Shown here one piece after another: positions 47,717-57,708 of a stretch of 62,452 nucleotides of DNA. The notes beneath the pieces were generated by a model. The model did no database searches. It worked only from the letters and a program-made list of their open reading frames with translations, and was not told the origin of the DNA. This DNA is from Nitrospirales bacterium (GTDB lineage Bacteria > Nitrospirota > Nitrospiria > Nitrospirales > UBA8639). The stretch is taken from positions 1 through 62,452 of the forward strand of contig WHTE01000001.1 in assembly GCA_009377845.1 (NCBI GenBank), written 5' to 3'. Made by a program: the position numbers and the translations under genes. The first letter of the stretch is position 1; every line of letters starts with the position of its first letter.

Positions 47717-49399
47717 ATGGGAATCCGAAAAACAGACGACCATATACGTGAGATTGAAAAATTACGGACCGAGATTGAGTCCATGGAACTCGAAATGCGG
47801 CAGCTCCATGAGTCCCGACATAAGCTGCATCTTTCTCAGCGACAGAATGAGCAGTTGGTCTCCACCCTTCAGGAAGCCAAAGCACAAATCGAAGCCCTTC
47901 GAAAAGAAGTCGATAAACTCACCGCGCCCCCCTCGACCTTTGCCGTCTTCTATAACACCAATGAGGACGGGACCGTGAATGTTTCCCTCGGCGGGAGAAA
48001 ATTGCGGGTCAACCTTCATCCGTCCATCCAGCCGGAATCACTCAAGAAAGGCCAAGAGGTGATTGTGAACGAAGGCCTGAACGTGATTGAAGCTCGCGGG
48101 TATGATCCGCAAGGCGAAATCGTCCATCTCAAACAACTTTTAGACGATGGGCGGGCGGTCGTCAGCCTCCATTTAGATGATGCGCGAGTGGTTGAAGTCT
48201 CCGATGCCCTCAAACAGCAGGACTTAAGTGTGGGGGACCACCTACTCTTTGAACCCCGTTCCGGGTACCTCATCGAAAAACTTCCCAAAGGTGAAATGGA
48301 AGAACTCGTGATCGAGGAAGTTCCAGATATTAGCTATGACCAAATTGGCGGGTTAGCAAAAGAGCTGGAACAGGTGAAAGACGCCGTCGAGTTACCATTT
48401 CTCTATCCTGAACTTTTTGCAGAACACCGCTTATCCCCGCCAAAGGGCCTTCTCCTCTACGGACCGCCGGGATGCGGGAAAACCCTGATCGCGAAGGCTG
48501 TGGCCAACTCAATCGCTAAAAAACTCGGGCACCTCAAAGGCAAAGAGGTTCGAAGTTACTTCCTCCACATCAAAGGCCCCGAGTTACTCAACAAATACGT
48601 CGGCGAGTCCGAACGTCAAATTCGCGAAGTGTTTGCGAAAGCGAAAGAGAAGGCTTCTCACGGTAATCCCGTCATCGTATTCTTTGATGAGATGGATGCG
48701 TTGTTCCGGACAAGAGGGACCGGAATTTCTTCAGACATCGAGTCCACCATCGTTCCCCAATTTCTATCCGAAATTGATGGAGTAGAAAGCCTTCGAGACG
48801 TCATCGTTATCGGTGCCAGCAACCGACAAGATCTGATTGATCCAGCCGTCTTAAGGCCCGGACGCCTGGATATTAAAATCAAAATCCCCCGACCGGACAA
48901 ACAGAGTGCCAAGGATATTCTTGCGAAATATCTTGTCTCAGACCTTCCCCTTGCCGAATCCGAGATGGCCCAGCATGGCTATGATCGAGAGGCGTTCGTC
49001 CAACACCTCATCGAGACCACAATAGAGGCGATGTATGCCCTGACGGAGGAAAATCAATTTTTAGAAGTCACGTATGCCAATGGTGAAAAAGAAACCGTGT
49101 ATTTCAAAGATTTCGCCAGTGGCGCCTTGATCGAAAGTGTCGTCTCACGCGCTAAAAAACTGGCTATCAAGCGCGCAATTTCAGGGGAAGACAAAGGGCT
49201 CAAAAGCGATGATTTTCTGCGGGGCATCCGGGAAGAATTCAAGGAACAGGAAGATTTACCGAACACCACTCACCCCGATGATTGGGCTAAAATTGCAGGC
49301 AAAAAAGGCGAAAAAATCGTTCACGTGCGCACCTTAACCACAGATGAAGACTCAGAGCCACGAGAAATAGAAACCATAAACGTCGGCCATTACTTTTAA
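47717..49399 (+). CDS. arc: Proteasome ATPase ARC/Mpa
   Basis: N-terminal coiled coil and OB domains, GPPGCGKT, KGPELLNKYVGE, FFDEMD, EDLPNT..PDDWA, C-terminal GHYF (HbYX-type). Confidence 0.95.
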   Translation: MGIRKTDDHIREIEKLRTEIESMELEMRQLHESRHKLHLSQRQNEQLVSTLQEAKAQIEALRKEVDKLTAPPSTFAVFYNTNEDGTVNVSLGGRKLRVNLHPSIQPESLKKGQEVIVNEGLNVIEARGYDPQGEIVHLKQLLDDGRAVVSLHLDDARVVEVSDALKQQDLSVGDHLLFEPRSGYLIEKLPKGEMEELVIEEVPDISYDQIGGLAKELEQVKDAVELPFLYPELFAEHRLSPPKGLLLYGPPGCGKTLIAKAVANSIAKKLGHLKGKEVRSYFLHIKGPELLNKYVGESERQIREVFAKAKEKASHGNPVIVFFDEMDALFRTRGTGISSDIESTIVPQFLSEIDGVESLRDVIVIGASNRQDLIDPAVLRPGRLDIKIKIPRPDKQSAKDILAKYLVSDLPLAESEMAQHGYDREAFVQHLIETTIEAMYALTEENQFLEVTYANGEKETVYFKDFASGALIESVVSRAKKLAIKRAISGEDKGLKSDDFLRGIREEFKEQEDLPNTTHPDDWAKIAGKKGEKIVHVRTLTTDEDSEPREIETINVGHYF

Positions 49400-49429
49400 C
49401 CATATTTTGCTGCTCTCCATGAGGCCTCC

Positions 49430-50905
49430 TTGCTGCGAATTCTTGGAACTGAAACTGAATTCGGGATTATTGCCCGCTCCTCCGGCAACCCGGATGCCGT
49501 GGCGAATTCTTTTCGTTTAATCAGTCACTGTCCCCATCTCCCCGCTCCAACCGCCCTGTGGGATTATGAAAACGAAAATCCGTTCCTGGATGCTCGAGGG
49601 TTTCTGGTCGAGGGCGAACCCGAACGACCGGGCTCCAGCTATAATCGTCAACTCAATAAAATATTGCCGAATGCCGGCCGCCTCTACGTCGATGGGGCTC
49701 ACCCGGAATATTCCACTCCGGAATGCAGCAATCCTCGTGAAGTCGTCGCCTATGAGCGAGCCGGGGACCACATTGTGGCTGAATGTTTGGCCCACCTGAA
49801 CGGCAGTTTGAAAGAAGAGGAGTTTCTGGTCTACCGCAACAATTCGGACGGAAAAGGCAACAGCTTCGGGTACCACGAAAATTATATTTTGTCCCGCCAG
49901 ATTCCATTTGAGCATGTGGCAGCCGTTCTTCTCCCTTTCCTTGTCTCACGGCCAATTTTTTGTGGCGCGGGGAAAGTCGGGGCGGAAAACGGGACGGATC
50001 CCATTCCCTATCAAATCTCTCAGCGGGCCGATTTCTTTGAATGCCTGCTGAATCTCAATACGATGGTCAACCGTCCAATTATCAACACCCGTGATGAACC
50101 CCATGCCCATCAATCCCACTACCGACGCGTCCATGTCATCGTGGGGGACGCCAATATGTCCGAAGTGTCTACTTTTTTAAAAGTCGGCACCACCGCCATC
50201 ATCATGGAAATGCTGGAACATCGAGGACCCCTTCCTCATATTGAATTGGCCGATCCCGTCAAGGCTATCAAGGAGGTATCACGGGATCTTTCCGTGAAAG
50301 CTTCGCTTCCCTTGCACAATGGGCAACACACCTCTGCCATTGCCATTCAGCGGGCATTCCTTCAATCAGCCCATGACTTCTTTAGGACCAGGGAGTTATC
50401 CCCTGTCACCAAAGAAGTGCTCGTCCGCTGGGAATCGGTGTTGGATACCTTAGAGCGCGATCCCTTCGAACTTCGACGCGAAGTGGATTGGGTCGCAAAA
50501 CACGCGTTGATTCGGTCTTATATAGATCGCAAGCAGTGCTCCTGGAAAGACCCGCGGGTCGCGATGATGGACTTGCAGTATCACGACGTTCGCCCAACCA
50601 AAGGGTTGTACTACACATTGGAACGGACTGGACAAATGGAGCGCCTGACACTCGATCATGAAATCGAACGGGCTCGACAGGCCGCCCCGGCCCTTACCCG
50701 TGCTTTTTTCCGGGGCGAATGCTTAAAACGGCTTCCACGCCAGGTATACGGCATGAGTTGGACTTCGGTCCTCCTTGATTCAGGAAACTCCACCATCAAA
50801 CGTATTCCACTGATGGATCCATATCGAGGCACTCAACAGCTCACACAAGAATTGTTTCAGGACATTACATCGGTGGATCAGTTATTATCCCGACTCGCAC
50901 ATTAA
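49430..50905 (+). CDS. dop: Pup deamidase/depupylase Dop
   Basis: GTETEFG, WDYENENP..DARG, RLYVDGAHPEYSTPE, SFGYHENY, RPIINTRDEPH; TTG start. Confidence 0.9.
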   Translation: MLRILGTETEFGIIARSSGNPDAVANSFRLISHCPHLPAPTALWDYENENPFLDARGFLVEGEPERPGSSYNRQLNKILPNAGRLYVDGAHPEYSTPECSNPREVVAYERAGDHIVAECLAHLNGSLKEEEFLVYRNNSDGKGNSFGYHENYILSRQIPFEHVAAVLLPFLVSRPIFCGAGKVGAENGTDPIPYQISQRADFFECLLNLNTMVNRPIINTRDEPHAHQSHYRRVHVIVGDANMSEVSTFLKVGTTAIIMEMLEHRGPLPHIELADPVKAIKEVSRDLSVKASLPLHNGQHTSAIAIQRAFLQSAHDFFRTRELSPVTKEVLVRWESVLDTLERDPFELRREVDWVAKHALIRSYIDRKQCSWKDPRVAMMDLQYHDVRPTKGLYYTLERTGQMERLTLDHEIERARQAAPALTRAFFRGECLKRLPRQVYGMSWTSVLLDSGNSTIKRIPLMDPYRGTQQLTQELFQDITSVDQLLSRLAH

Positions 50906-50951
50906 CGAATGAGACTTGGAACATTTGCGAGAGGGTGTCTTTGAGGTGGGC

Positions 50952-51791
50952 ATGAATTCTGACAACATCCCCTTCCCAAACTTTTCGGCCGATCCGTGTT
51001 CCAGTTTTTACCAATACCTCACTTCGCAACGACCCGAATTGCTCCCCATGGCGCGTTGGGGCACGCTGCTCCCCCAACAAGGGCTAGCGGACGCTCCTCT
51101 GACTTCAAGGCACCTTCCCTGGCCCCACGGCACAACCGTTCTCGCCTTTACCTATCAAAATGGCGTATTAATCTCGGGAGACCGTCGCGCTACCGAAGGG
51201 TTTCAGATTGCAGCCAATCGAATGGAAAAGGTTTTTCAAACGGATGACTACTCCGCCATGGCCATCGCGGGAGCCGCGGGTCCCTGTGTGGAAATGGCCA
51301 AACTCTTTCGGATCGAGCTGGAACATTATGAAAAACTTGACGGACAACCCTTAACCTGCGAAGGAAAAGCCAACAGGCTGGGGCACATGGTGAAGGCCAA
51401 TTTTCCCATGGTCTTACAAGGACTCGTGGTCATTCCACTGTTTGTCGGCTATGACCACAAACGAGAAACCGGACGGCTATTCAAATACGACATTACGGGA
51501 GGACGGTACGAAGACACGGAATTTCATGCGGTCGGCTCTGGCGGAAAAGATGCTCGACTCACCTTAAAAGAGCATTACCGGAAAAATTTACCGGAGGGCG
51601 AAGCCGTTAGAGTGGCGCTTCGAGCCCTACTCAATGCCGCAGACGAAGATGTCGGGACCGGAGGACCAGACCTAGTCCGACGGATCTTCCCGACCGTCAA
51701 ACTGGTCGATCGCCAAGGGGTTCGGGATGTGGAGGAACCACAATTAGCTGCGGTGTGTGAAGCATTAATGAACCAGCAACAGGAGACATAA
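50952..51791 (+). CDS. prcB: 20S proteasome beta subunit
   Basis: Propeptide cleavage site PHG|TT, GDRRAT, ELEHYEK, GSG, TGGPDL. Confidence 0.95.
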   Translation: MNSDNIPFPNFSADPCSSFYQYLTSQRPELLPMARWGTLLPQQGLADAPLTSRHLPWPHGTTVLAFTYQNGVLISGDRRATEGFQIAANRMEKVFQTDDYSAMAIAGAAGPCVEMAKLFRIELEHYEKLDGQPLTCEGKANRLGHMVKANFPMVLQGLVVIPLFVGYDHKRETGRLFKYDITGGRYEDTEFHAVGSGGKDARLTLKEHYRKNLPEGEAVRVALRALLNAADEDVGTGGPDLVRRIFPTVKLVDRQGVRDVEEPQLAAVCEALMNQQQET

Positions 51792-51794
51792 GCT

Positions 51795-52478
51795 GTGGCC
51801 CTGCCCTATTACGTTTCACCCGAACAAATGATGCAAGACCGTGCGGAGTATGCCAAAAAAGGCATTGCCAAAGGTCGATCCATCATTGCCATGGAGTATT
51901 CGGAGGGAGTCCTGTTTGTGGCCGATAACCCCAGTGTCTCTCTGTTTAAAATTTCTGAGATCTATGACAGCATCGCCTTTTCCGGCGCGGGGAGATACAG
52001 TGAATTTGAAAATCTCCGGAAAGCGGGCATTCAACATGCGGACGTCAAAGGCATGATGTATAGCCGGGAGGACGTAACCGCACGATCCCTGGCCAATGGC
52101 TATTCTCAAATTCTTGGCACCCTCTTTAGCCAGGAAATGAAACCCTACGAAGTGGAACTGCTCTTGGCTCAAGTCGGTGAGACACCCGAGCGCAATGAGT
52201 TATACCGAATCTCGTTTGATGGCAGTATTGTGGATGAACGAAAGTTCACCGCCATCGGGGGACGATCCGAAGCCATTTTGACACTACTCCGAAAGGAAAC
52301 CCCTGAGACCTGCCCGTCTCTGAAAGAGGCCCTCACGCTATGCCAACATGCCTTTGAACGTGGCGCTGATCCCAGATCCAGTCTGGAAGGCCTGGAAGTC
52401 GCACTCCTTGATCGCACTCGAAAAGGCAGAAAATTTCGCCGGGTCCCCACCCCCGAAGCTTCCCAAATTCTGGCTTAA
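51795..52478 (+). CDS. prcA: 20S proteasome alpha subunit
   Basis: PYYVSPEQMMQDRAEYAKKGIAKGRS, KISEIYD, KPYEVE, LEVALLDR. Confidence 0.95.
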   Translation: MALPYYVSPEQMMQDRAEYAKKGIAKGRSIIAMEYSEGVLFVADNPSVSLFKISEIYDSIAFSGAGRYSEFENLRKAGIQHADVKGMMYSREDVTARSLANGYSQILGTLFSQEMKPYEVELLLAQVGETPERNELYRISFDGSIVDERKFTAIGGRSEAILTLLRKETPETCPSLKEALTLCQHAFERGADPRSSLEGLEVALLDRTRKGRKFRRVPTPEASQILA

Positions 52479-52610
52479 TACTCCAGGTTCTCTTCCCTCT
52501 CGCTCAGTTGAACATTGTTTTAAGTGGGTGTATTCTGGAGGTAGGGTTTATTGATGAAATCCCAATGGCTTCAAGAGCCATCCATTTCCAAGAGTCCTGA
52601 AAGAGGAAAA

Positions 52611-52760
52611 AGGAAATTCGGAGGGAGGTCTGTCCAGTAAGGCTGCACGAAGAGAAGAGGTGAAGCGTACAGAATTGGTAGGGTGAAATGCCTTCGAGCG
52701 AGGTGGACGGCGGGGGTGGATCCTTCGGCAAAACTCAGGGCATGCTTTTCCAACATTCCT
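52611..52760 (+). repeat. Degenerate family B repeat inside the proteasome operon
   Basis: GTCCAGTAAGGCTGCA...GAAGCGTAC...CGGCAAAACTCAGGGCATGCTTTTCCAACATTCCT; compare 3897-3930 CGGCAAGACTCAGGACATGCTCTTTCATCCATCC. Confidence 0.6.
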
Positions 52761-52790
52761 TGATGGCCTCAAGAGAGGAAGGGGCCTGGT

Positions 52791-54167
52791 ATGATGAAAC
52801 GAATCGTTGGCCTTGAGTGTGAATACGGTCTGACATTTTCGCCAAATGGGCGAGTATATCTTCCTATTGAAAAAATCCTCGGTTACATTTTTGAGGGGCT
52901 CATCCCCAATAGTTGGCCCTCGAATGCCTTTCTGACGAATGGGGCGCGGTTCTACCAGGACACAGGCTGCCACCCTGAATATTCCACTCCCGAATGCGAT
53001 GATCTGATCGATCTGATCATGCATGACAAAGCCGGGGAGCGCATTTTGGAAAGTTGCCTTCCCATCGCCGAAGAACGCTTGCGCGAAGAAGGGCTTTCCG
53101 GTGAAATCTTCATATTCAAGAATAATACGGATTCCCTCGGTAATACCTACGGCTGCCATGAAAATTTCCTCATGCGCCGAGATGTGGACTTTTGGAAAGT
53201 CAGCGAACAACTCATCCCCTTTTTCGTGACTCGTCAAATTTTTTCGGGAGCCGGAAAAATTCTCAAGGTGTCGGGGAAATCCCAATTCTTCATCTCCCAA
53301 CGCGCGCAGCATATCCACGAAAAAACGTCTTCCTCCACCACGTCCTCCCGGAGCATCATCAACACACGCGACGAACCTCATGCCGATGCAGAAAAATACC
53401 GCCGGCTTCATATCATCCTCGGCGACTCCAATATGTCCGAATTTTCCACCTACTTGAAGGTGGGAACGGCCATGATCGTGCTCTCAATGATCGAAGAAGG
53501 ATTCACGATCCCTCATATTGAGTTAGAAGAACCCGTCAAAGCCATTCGAGACATCTCTCGCGATCCCAACCTGAAGAAAACCGTCAAACTGGAAAATGGG
53601 CGAGACCTGACCGCGTTGGAGATTCAACGAATTTTCTGGGAGCGGGCTGGTGAGTATTTAAAATCGCAACCTCCGAATAAAGGCATGTCAGAGGTGCATT
53701 ATGAATGGGGCCGAGTCCTGAACCTGCTTGAAACTTCTCCAATGAAGCTGGTCCGGGAAATCGACTGGATTACCAAACAATGGCTCTTGGAAAATTACAT
53801 GGCCAATAAATCTTGCGGATGGGATGACCCCCGATTGGGCATGATGGACCTGCAATACCACGACATTAATCGACAACGAAGCCTCTTTCATCTGTTAGCT
53901 GAACGAAATCACATCAGAAAACTTGTCGATGAGGCCGCCATTGAACAGGCTAAAACGATTCCTCCTCAAACAACACGCGCAAAGGTGCGGGGTGATTTCA
54001 TCAGATTTGCCCGAGCAAAAAATCGGTCGTATACTGTTGATTGGACCTATCTCAAACTGAACGGATACTGGGAGGAAACCATCCTCTGTATGGATCCTTT
54101 TTGTCCTTTTAACCGACGGGTGGAAGAATTGCTCAGCCAAGTTCCACACTACCGGCTCTATCCATGA
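52791..54167 (+). CDS. pafA: Pup--protein ligase PafA
   Basis: GLECEYG, FLTNGARFYQDTGCHPEYSTPEC, KNNTD..GNTYGCHENF, SSSTTSSRSIINTRDEPHAD, TTRAKVRG. Confidence 0.92.
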   Translation: MMKRIVGLECEYGLTFSPNGRVYLPIEKILGYIFEGLIPNSWPSNAFLTNGARFYQDTGCHPEYSTPECDDLIDLIMHDKAGERILESCLPIAEERLREEGLSGEIFIFKNNTDSLGNTYGCHENFLMRRDVDFWKVSEQLIPFFVTRQIFSGAGKILKVSGKSQFFISQRAQHIHEKTSSSTTSSRSIINTRDEPHADAEKYRRLHIILGDSNMSEFSTYLKVGTAMIVLSMIEEGFTIPHIELEEPVKAIRDISRDPNLKKTVKLENGRDLTALEIQRIFWERAGEYLKSQPPNKGMSEVHYEWGRVLNLLETSPMKLVREIDWITKQWLLENYMANKSCGWDDPRLGMMDLQYHDINRQRSLFHLLAERNHIRKLVDEAAIEQAKTIPPQTTRAKVRGDFIRFARAKNRSYTVDWTYLKLNGYWEETILCMDPFCPFNRRVEELLSQVPHYRLYP

Positions 54168-55078
54168 ATGGCGCTTCGATTCCATCACCTCATCCTGCAT
54201 TTTCCTGGAAAATCCTGTTTGTCGTCTGCCTGCTGATCGCCAGCATTTTCCCTATTCAGATCGTCCCTAGTGCGGAACGACACCGAGCGGGAGCTGACGG
54301 CCAATTCAGCGGAAAGCAGGGGCAAGTCCTCTGGGTCAAAGTTCCGGTGGCCGATCCAGAGGCAACCGTGAGTGGCATGTTTTTAAATCGGAAGATTCCA
54401 TTTTTCCGGAATACCGATACCACCTTTGCGGGAATCGTGGGAATCGACATGGAAGATCCACCGGGGCTGCAGGAGTTAAGTGTCAATGTCTTTGCCAACA
54501 CCGGGACGGATCATCTCAGCTACTCCGTATTAATCGGAAAAGAACAGTATGCAGTCCAACACTTGACTCTCCCGAAGGACAAAGTTGACCTTGACCCCAA
54601 AACCTTGAAGCGCGTCCAACAAGAGCAAAAAGAATTGGCAGAGGCCTTCCACCAGATCAGCGCTCTTCCTTTATGGGATGGTCCTTTTCTTGAGCCTGTG
54701 AATGGGAAAGTGACCGGAGTGTTTGGCAGTCGTCGAGTCATAAACGGACAACCACGACGGCCTCATTCCGGAGAAGATATCGCGGCCCCACGGGGAACTC
54801 CGGTCCAAGCCATCAACAAGGGCACTGTTGTGAAAACTGTGAATCACTTCTTCTCGGGACAGGGTGTAGTCCTGGATCATGGGGTGGGACTATTTTCCAT
54901 GTACTTCCATCTCTCGGAGGTTTCCGTCAAGTCGGGGCAAGCCATTCAAAAAGGAGAGCCCCTGGGAAAAGTGGGAGCCAGCGGAAGAGCCACTGGCCCA
55001 CACCTCCATTGGGGTATTCACTTAAATGGCTCCCGAATCAACCCCTACGCCTTAACTGCTCTCCCCATACCCAACTAA
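54164..55078 (+). CDS. M23 family metallopeptidase
   Basis: HSGED (HxxxD), YFHLS, GRATGPHLHW (HxH); signal or anchor. Confidence 0.9.
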   Translation: MNGASIPSPHPAFSWKILFVVCLLIASIFPIQIVPSAERHRAGADGQFSGKQGQVLWVKVPVADPEATVSGMFLNRKIPFFRNTDTTFAGIVGIDMEDPPGLQELSVNVFANTGTDHLSYSVLIGKEQYAVQHLTLPKDKVDLDPKTLKRVQQEQKELAEAFHQISALPLWDGPFLEPVNGKVTGVFGSRRVINGQPRRPHSGEDIAAPRGTPVQAINKGTVVKTVNHFFSGQGVVLDHGVGLFSMYFHLSEVSVKSGQAIQKGEPLGKVGASGRATGPHLHWGIHLNGSRINPYALTALPIPN

Positions 55079-55200
55079 AATGGAAGGAACATGACCTTTT
55101 TGTCTTTCCCCCATCCCATCTGACTCAGCTTAAACCCTCCCTCCTCTTAGGAATAATCTCTTACGAACAATAATCCCCCGGATAACGAGCAGCCTGTATC

Positions 55201-55758
55201 ATGCGGTATCTCTGCGTCTTTTGCGGTTCAAGTCTAGGCCACCTTCCAGGATTTACCAACATGGCTCAGCGATTGGGGCATGCACTTGTCCAACAGGGAA
55301 TAGGATTGGTCTACGGTGGGGGGAATATTGGCCTGATGGGCGTGCTGGCTTCAACCGTGCTGCAAGAGGGAGGGACCGTCATCGGAGTCATTCCAAGCCA
55401 TCTGGCGGAGAAAGAATTCTTGCACCCCAATCTCACGACCACTCATATCGTGAACACCATGCATGAGCGGAAAGCTCTCATGGCAGACCTGTCAGCCGGG
55501 TTCATTACGTTACCGGGAGGGCTTGGGACGCTGGAAGAATGTTGCGAAATGGTGACTTGGGCGCAGTTGAAACTTCACCACAAGCCCTGCGGTCTGTTGA
55601 ATTGCTTTGGATTTTTTGATGGTCTGTTGGGATTTTTAGACCATCAAGTCCAACAGGGTTTCGTCACCCCGGCAAACCGGGCGTTAATCCTTGAAGCAAC
55701 AAATCCCGAAGCCTTGCTGACCCTCATTTTAGCCCGACTAGAGCCTGACATTCGATAG
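55201..55758 (+). CDS. LOG family nucleotide monophosphate phosphoribohydrolase (TIGR00730)
   Basis: CVFCGSS, LVYGGG..GLMG, MHERK, PGGLGTLEE. Confidence 0.93.
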   Translation: MRYLCVFCGSSLGHLPGFTNMAQRLGHALVQQGIGLVYGGGNIGLMGVLASTVLQEGGTVIGVIPSHLAEKEFLHPNLTTTHIVNTMHERKALMADLSAGFITLPGGLGTLEECCEMVTWAQLKLHHKPCGLLNCFGFFDGLLGFLDHQVQQGFVTPANRALILEATNPEALLTLILARLEPDIR

Positions 55759-55769
55759 CATGATGCGGC

Positions 55770-56606
55770 CTAATAGGCTGAAGGCCTGGAAAGCGGACGA
55801 TTCGACATCAGTTCCATCGCACGAAGATTATCAAACGAAAACCCCCCGTCCCCTATCGCCACCAATCCCAATTTGCCCTTTTTGAATGATTGATCGTACA
55901 CGCCAAGCATCAGGTGGTGATCGAAAAAGATTTCGGTAAATTCCTTACTGACAATGGTATTTCGTTGAATCCGAAGAAAATGCCAGTCGGAAGGTTGAGG
56001 AATAAGGGACTCTCTCGCCAATTCGGTTGGTTGTCCATCCTTCACCACATAAGCCACAACCTCGTTGGTTTTGGGTTCAACGACGGCAGCATAGAAATTG
56101 TTGTGATCCTGGATCCCATAGGCCAATCCGGCTTGTCCAGACGGGGTCCCCAAATTGAGTTTCATCCGGACGGAGAGATCCACATATTCAGCCTCAACGC
56201 CTTCAACGACAAGCAACTGGTAACACCAACCCTCACCACAGTGTAAGCGCTGTTCAACCAGGCGAGGACGACTGGGGGCGGAGGCATCTTCTTTCACTGA
56301 CCAACCCCCTTCTCCTGAAGCCCCACCAATAGCCTGAGTAAAGCCCTCTGGCAACCCGTTTGAAGAGGGTTGATCAAAATTCCATTCTTGAAAAAGCGGC
56401 GGAGTAGTTTTATGAAAAGGCTTGGGAAGCTCCTGAGGTTGATCACCAGCATACCCCTCAGAAGCACCGATCACAAAAAGACTGATGGCCACCACCACGA
56501 TCAGCCCCCGGCCGGTAAAATTATTTTGTGTGTCCCCACACCCCTTACCAAGAATTAGCCTATGAATGAAATGCCGCACAGACTGGCTTAACCGATCTTG
56601 TTTCAT
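55770..56606 (-). CDS. Exported beta-sandwich (concanavalin/DUF1080-like) hypothetical protein
   Basis: Hydrophobic signal, WNFD, AGLAYGIQDHNNFY, WHFLRI, GKLGL...FDNL; true start may lie downstream. Confidence 0.6.
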   Translation of the reverse strand: MKQDRLSQSVRHFIHRLILGKGCGDTQNNFTGRGLIVVVAISLFVIGASEGYAGDQPQELPKPFHKTTPPLFQEWNFDQPSSNGLPEGFTQAIGGASGEGGWSVKEDASAPSRPRLVEQRLHCGEGWCYQLLVVEGVEAEYVDLSVRMKLNLGTPSGQAGLAYGIQDHNNFYAAVVEPKTNEVVAYVVKDGQPTELARESLIPQPSDWHFLRIQRNTIVSKEFTEIFFDHHLMLGVYDQSFKKGKLGLVAIGDGGFSFDNLRAMELMSNRPLSRPSAY

Positions 56607-56941
56607 GTCCGTCCCTACCCAAAAACAAATGAAATTGTTAAACGGCTCAATCCATTAACGCCTCCGATGATACGCATTCTCACCGGAAGTCCACAACCCC
56701 TTTGTGGCTATACACACAATCCAAATATCATGTCATTCAAACCCGCCTGACCAAAACAGTTTTCGCTCAGTTGATATCAGGGCAACCTTCGTGAACACTT
56801 TCCCGGCAGGCTATTTCACAGGGAAGAGCCGACCCCAATGTCCGACTCATCGATAGGGTTTTCCATCACGCACCATCCGACCCCACGGTTCGGCAAAGCG
56901 GATGATCATACGATCTGGCTTTTGATACAGACCGGAACTCC

Positions 56942-57634
56942 GTGGCCGGAAGAACCTTTTTTCTGTGTAATTCATCCTATTCAAGCAATTTCTGCTTCAA
57001 TCTGACGCAACCGCTTCTTAAGAGTTTCGGACAGACTCTCAACAAAGTCCAATCACTCTTCACACGAACCACCAAATTTCGATCAATGGTCATTCAGGTT
57101 CCAGCCCGGCGGCGCATGGACGAACTTTCCGGAGCACTGCATCAGTTCCTGATTCAACGTATGACGGAGTTGACGAGATCCTATCCGGAACCAGGGGAAT
57201 TTCTCGGTGCCGTAGATCAAACGATTTTGACGTTCCGAATTGTTCGTGGGGGAATCAGTCATTGCCCTGCTCGTCGGCGGCATCGGGATCATGAACATCA
57301 TGCTTGTCATCGTCACTGAACGAACCAGGGACATTGGCTTACGAAAGGCCATCGGGGCCAAACGTCAGGATATTCTTTGGCAATTTCTCAATGAGTCCAT
57401 GACCATCAGTGCTATTGGCGGCTGCATCGACATTGTCGTGGGCATTCTCACAGCCTATGGCATTGGCGATATAATCGCTCAGGCCAGCCGGGCGGAGGAG
57501 ATGATGTGCGGTGGTTGAACCCTGTCATTGCGTTGGCCTTTGCTATCGGGTAAGAGTAGGATTTGGCACTGTTTTCCGCTATGAAAGCCTCAAAATTTGA
57601 TCCTGCGGGAACATTGCGTTATCAAGGAGATTAA
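56942..57634 (+). pseudogene. Decayed MacB/FtsX-type ABC permease, 3' fragment
   Basis: [45 protein letters not shown]; flanking segments (RNQGEFLGAVDQT; AMKASKFDPAGTLRY) lie in other frames; left boundary approximate. Confidence 0.75.
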
Positions 57635-57708
57635 CGGTTTTGAATGAAGTACAGCCGATTTCCACCAAAAAACGATCTTGTTTCCATGACCATTGAATAC
57701 GAATTCAT

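Noticed and set aside
45880-47717. ThiS (ubiquitin fold) as the missing modifier for the adjacent proteasome operon
   Set aside because: PafA ligates a C-terminal glutamate side chain, not Gly-Gly, and ThiS is fully explained by the adjacent thiG and thiE.
52554-52640. 28-aa ORF (MKSQW...KFGGRSVQ) between prcA and pafA as a candidate Pup/UBact
   Set aside because: Too short, basic rather than acidic, lacks a terminal GGE/GGQ, and its 3' end lies in a repeat element.
52548-53411. 287-aa minus-strand ORF, and similar long antisense ORFs such as 13115-13783 and 43283-43840
   Set aside because: Antisense shadows of well-supported genes (pafA, VIT-vWA, ctpA) with no recognisable motifs.
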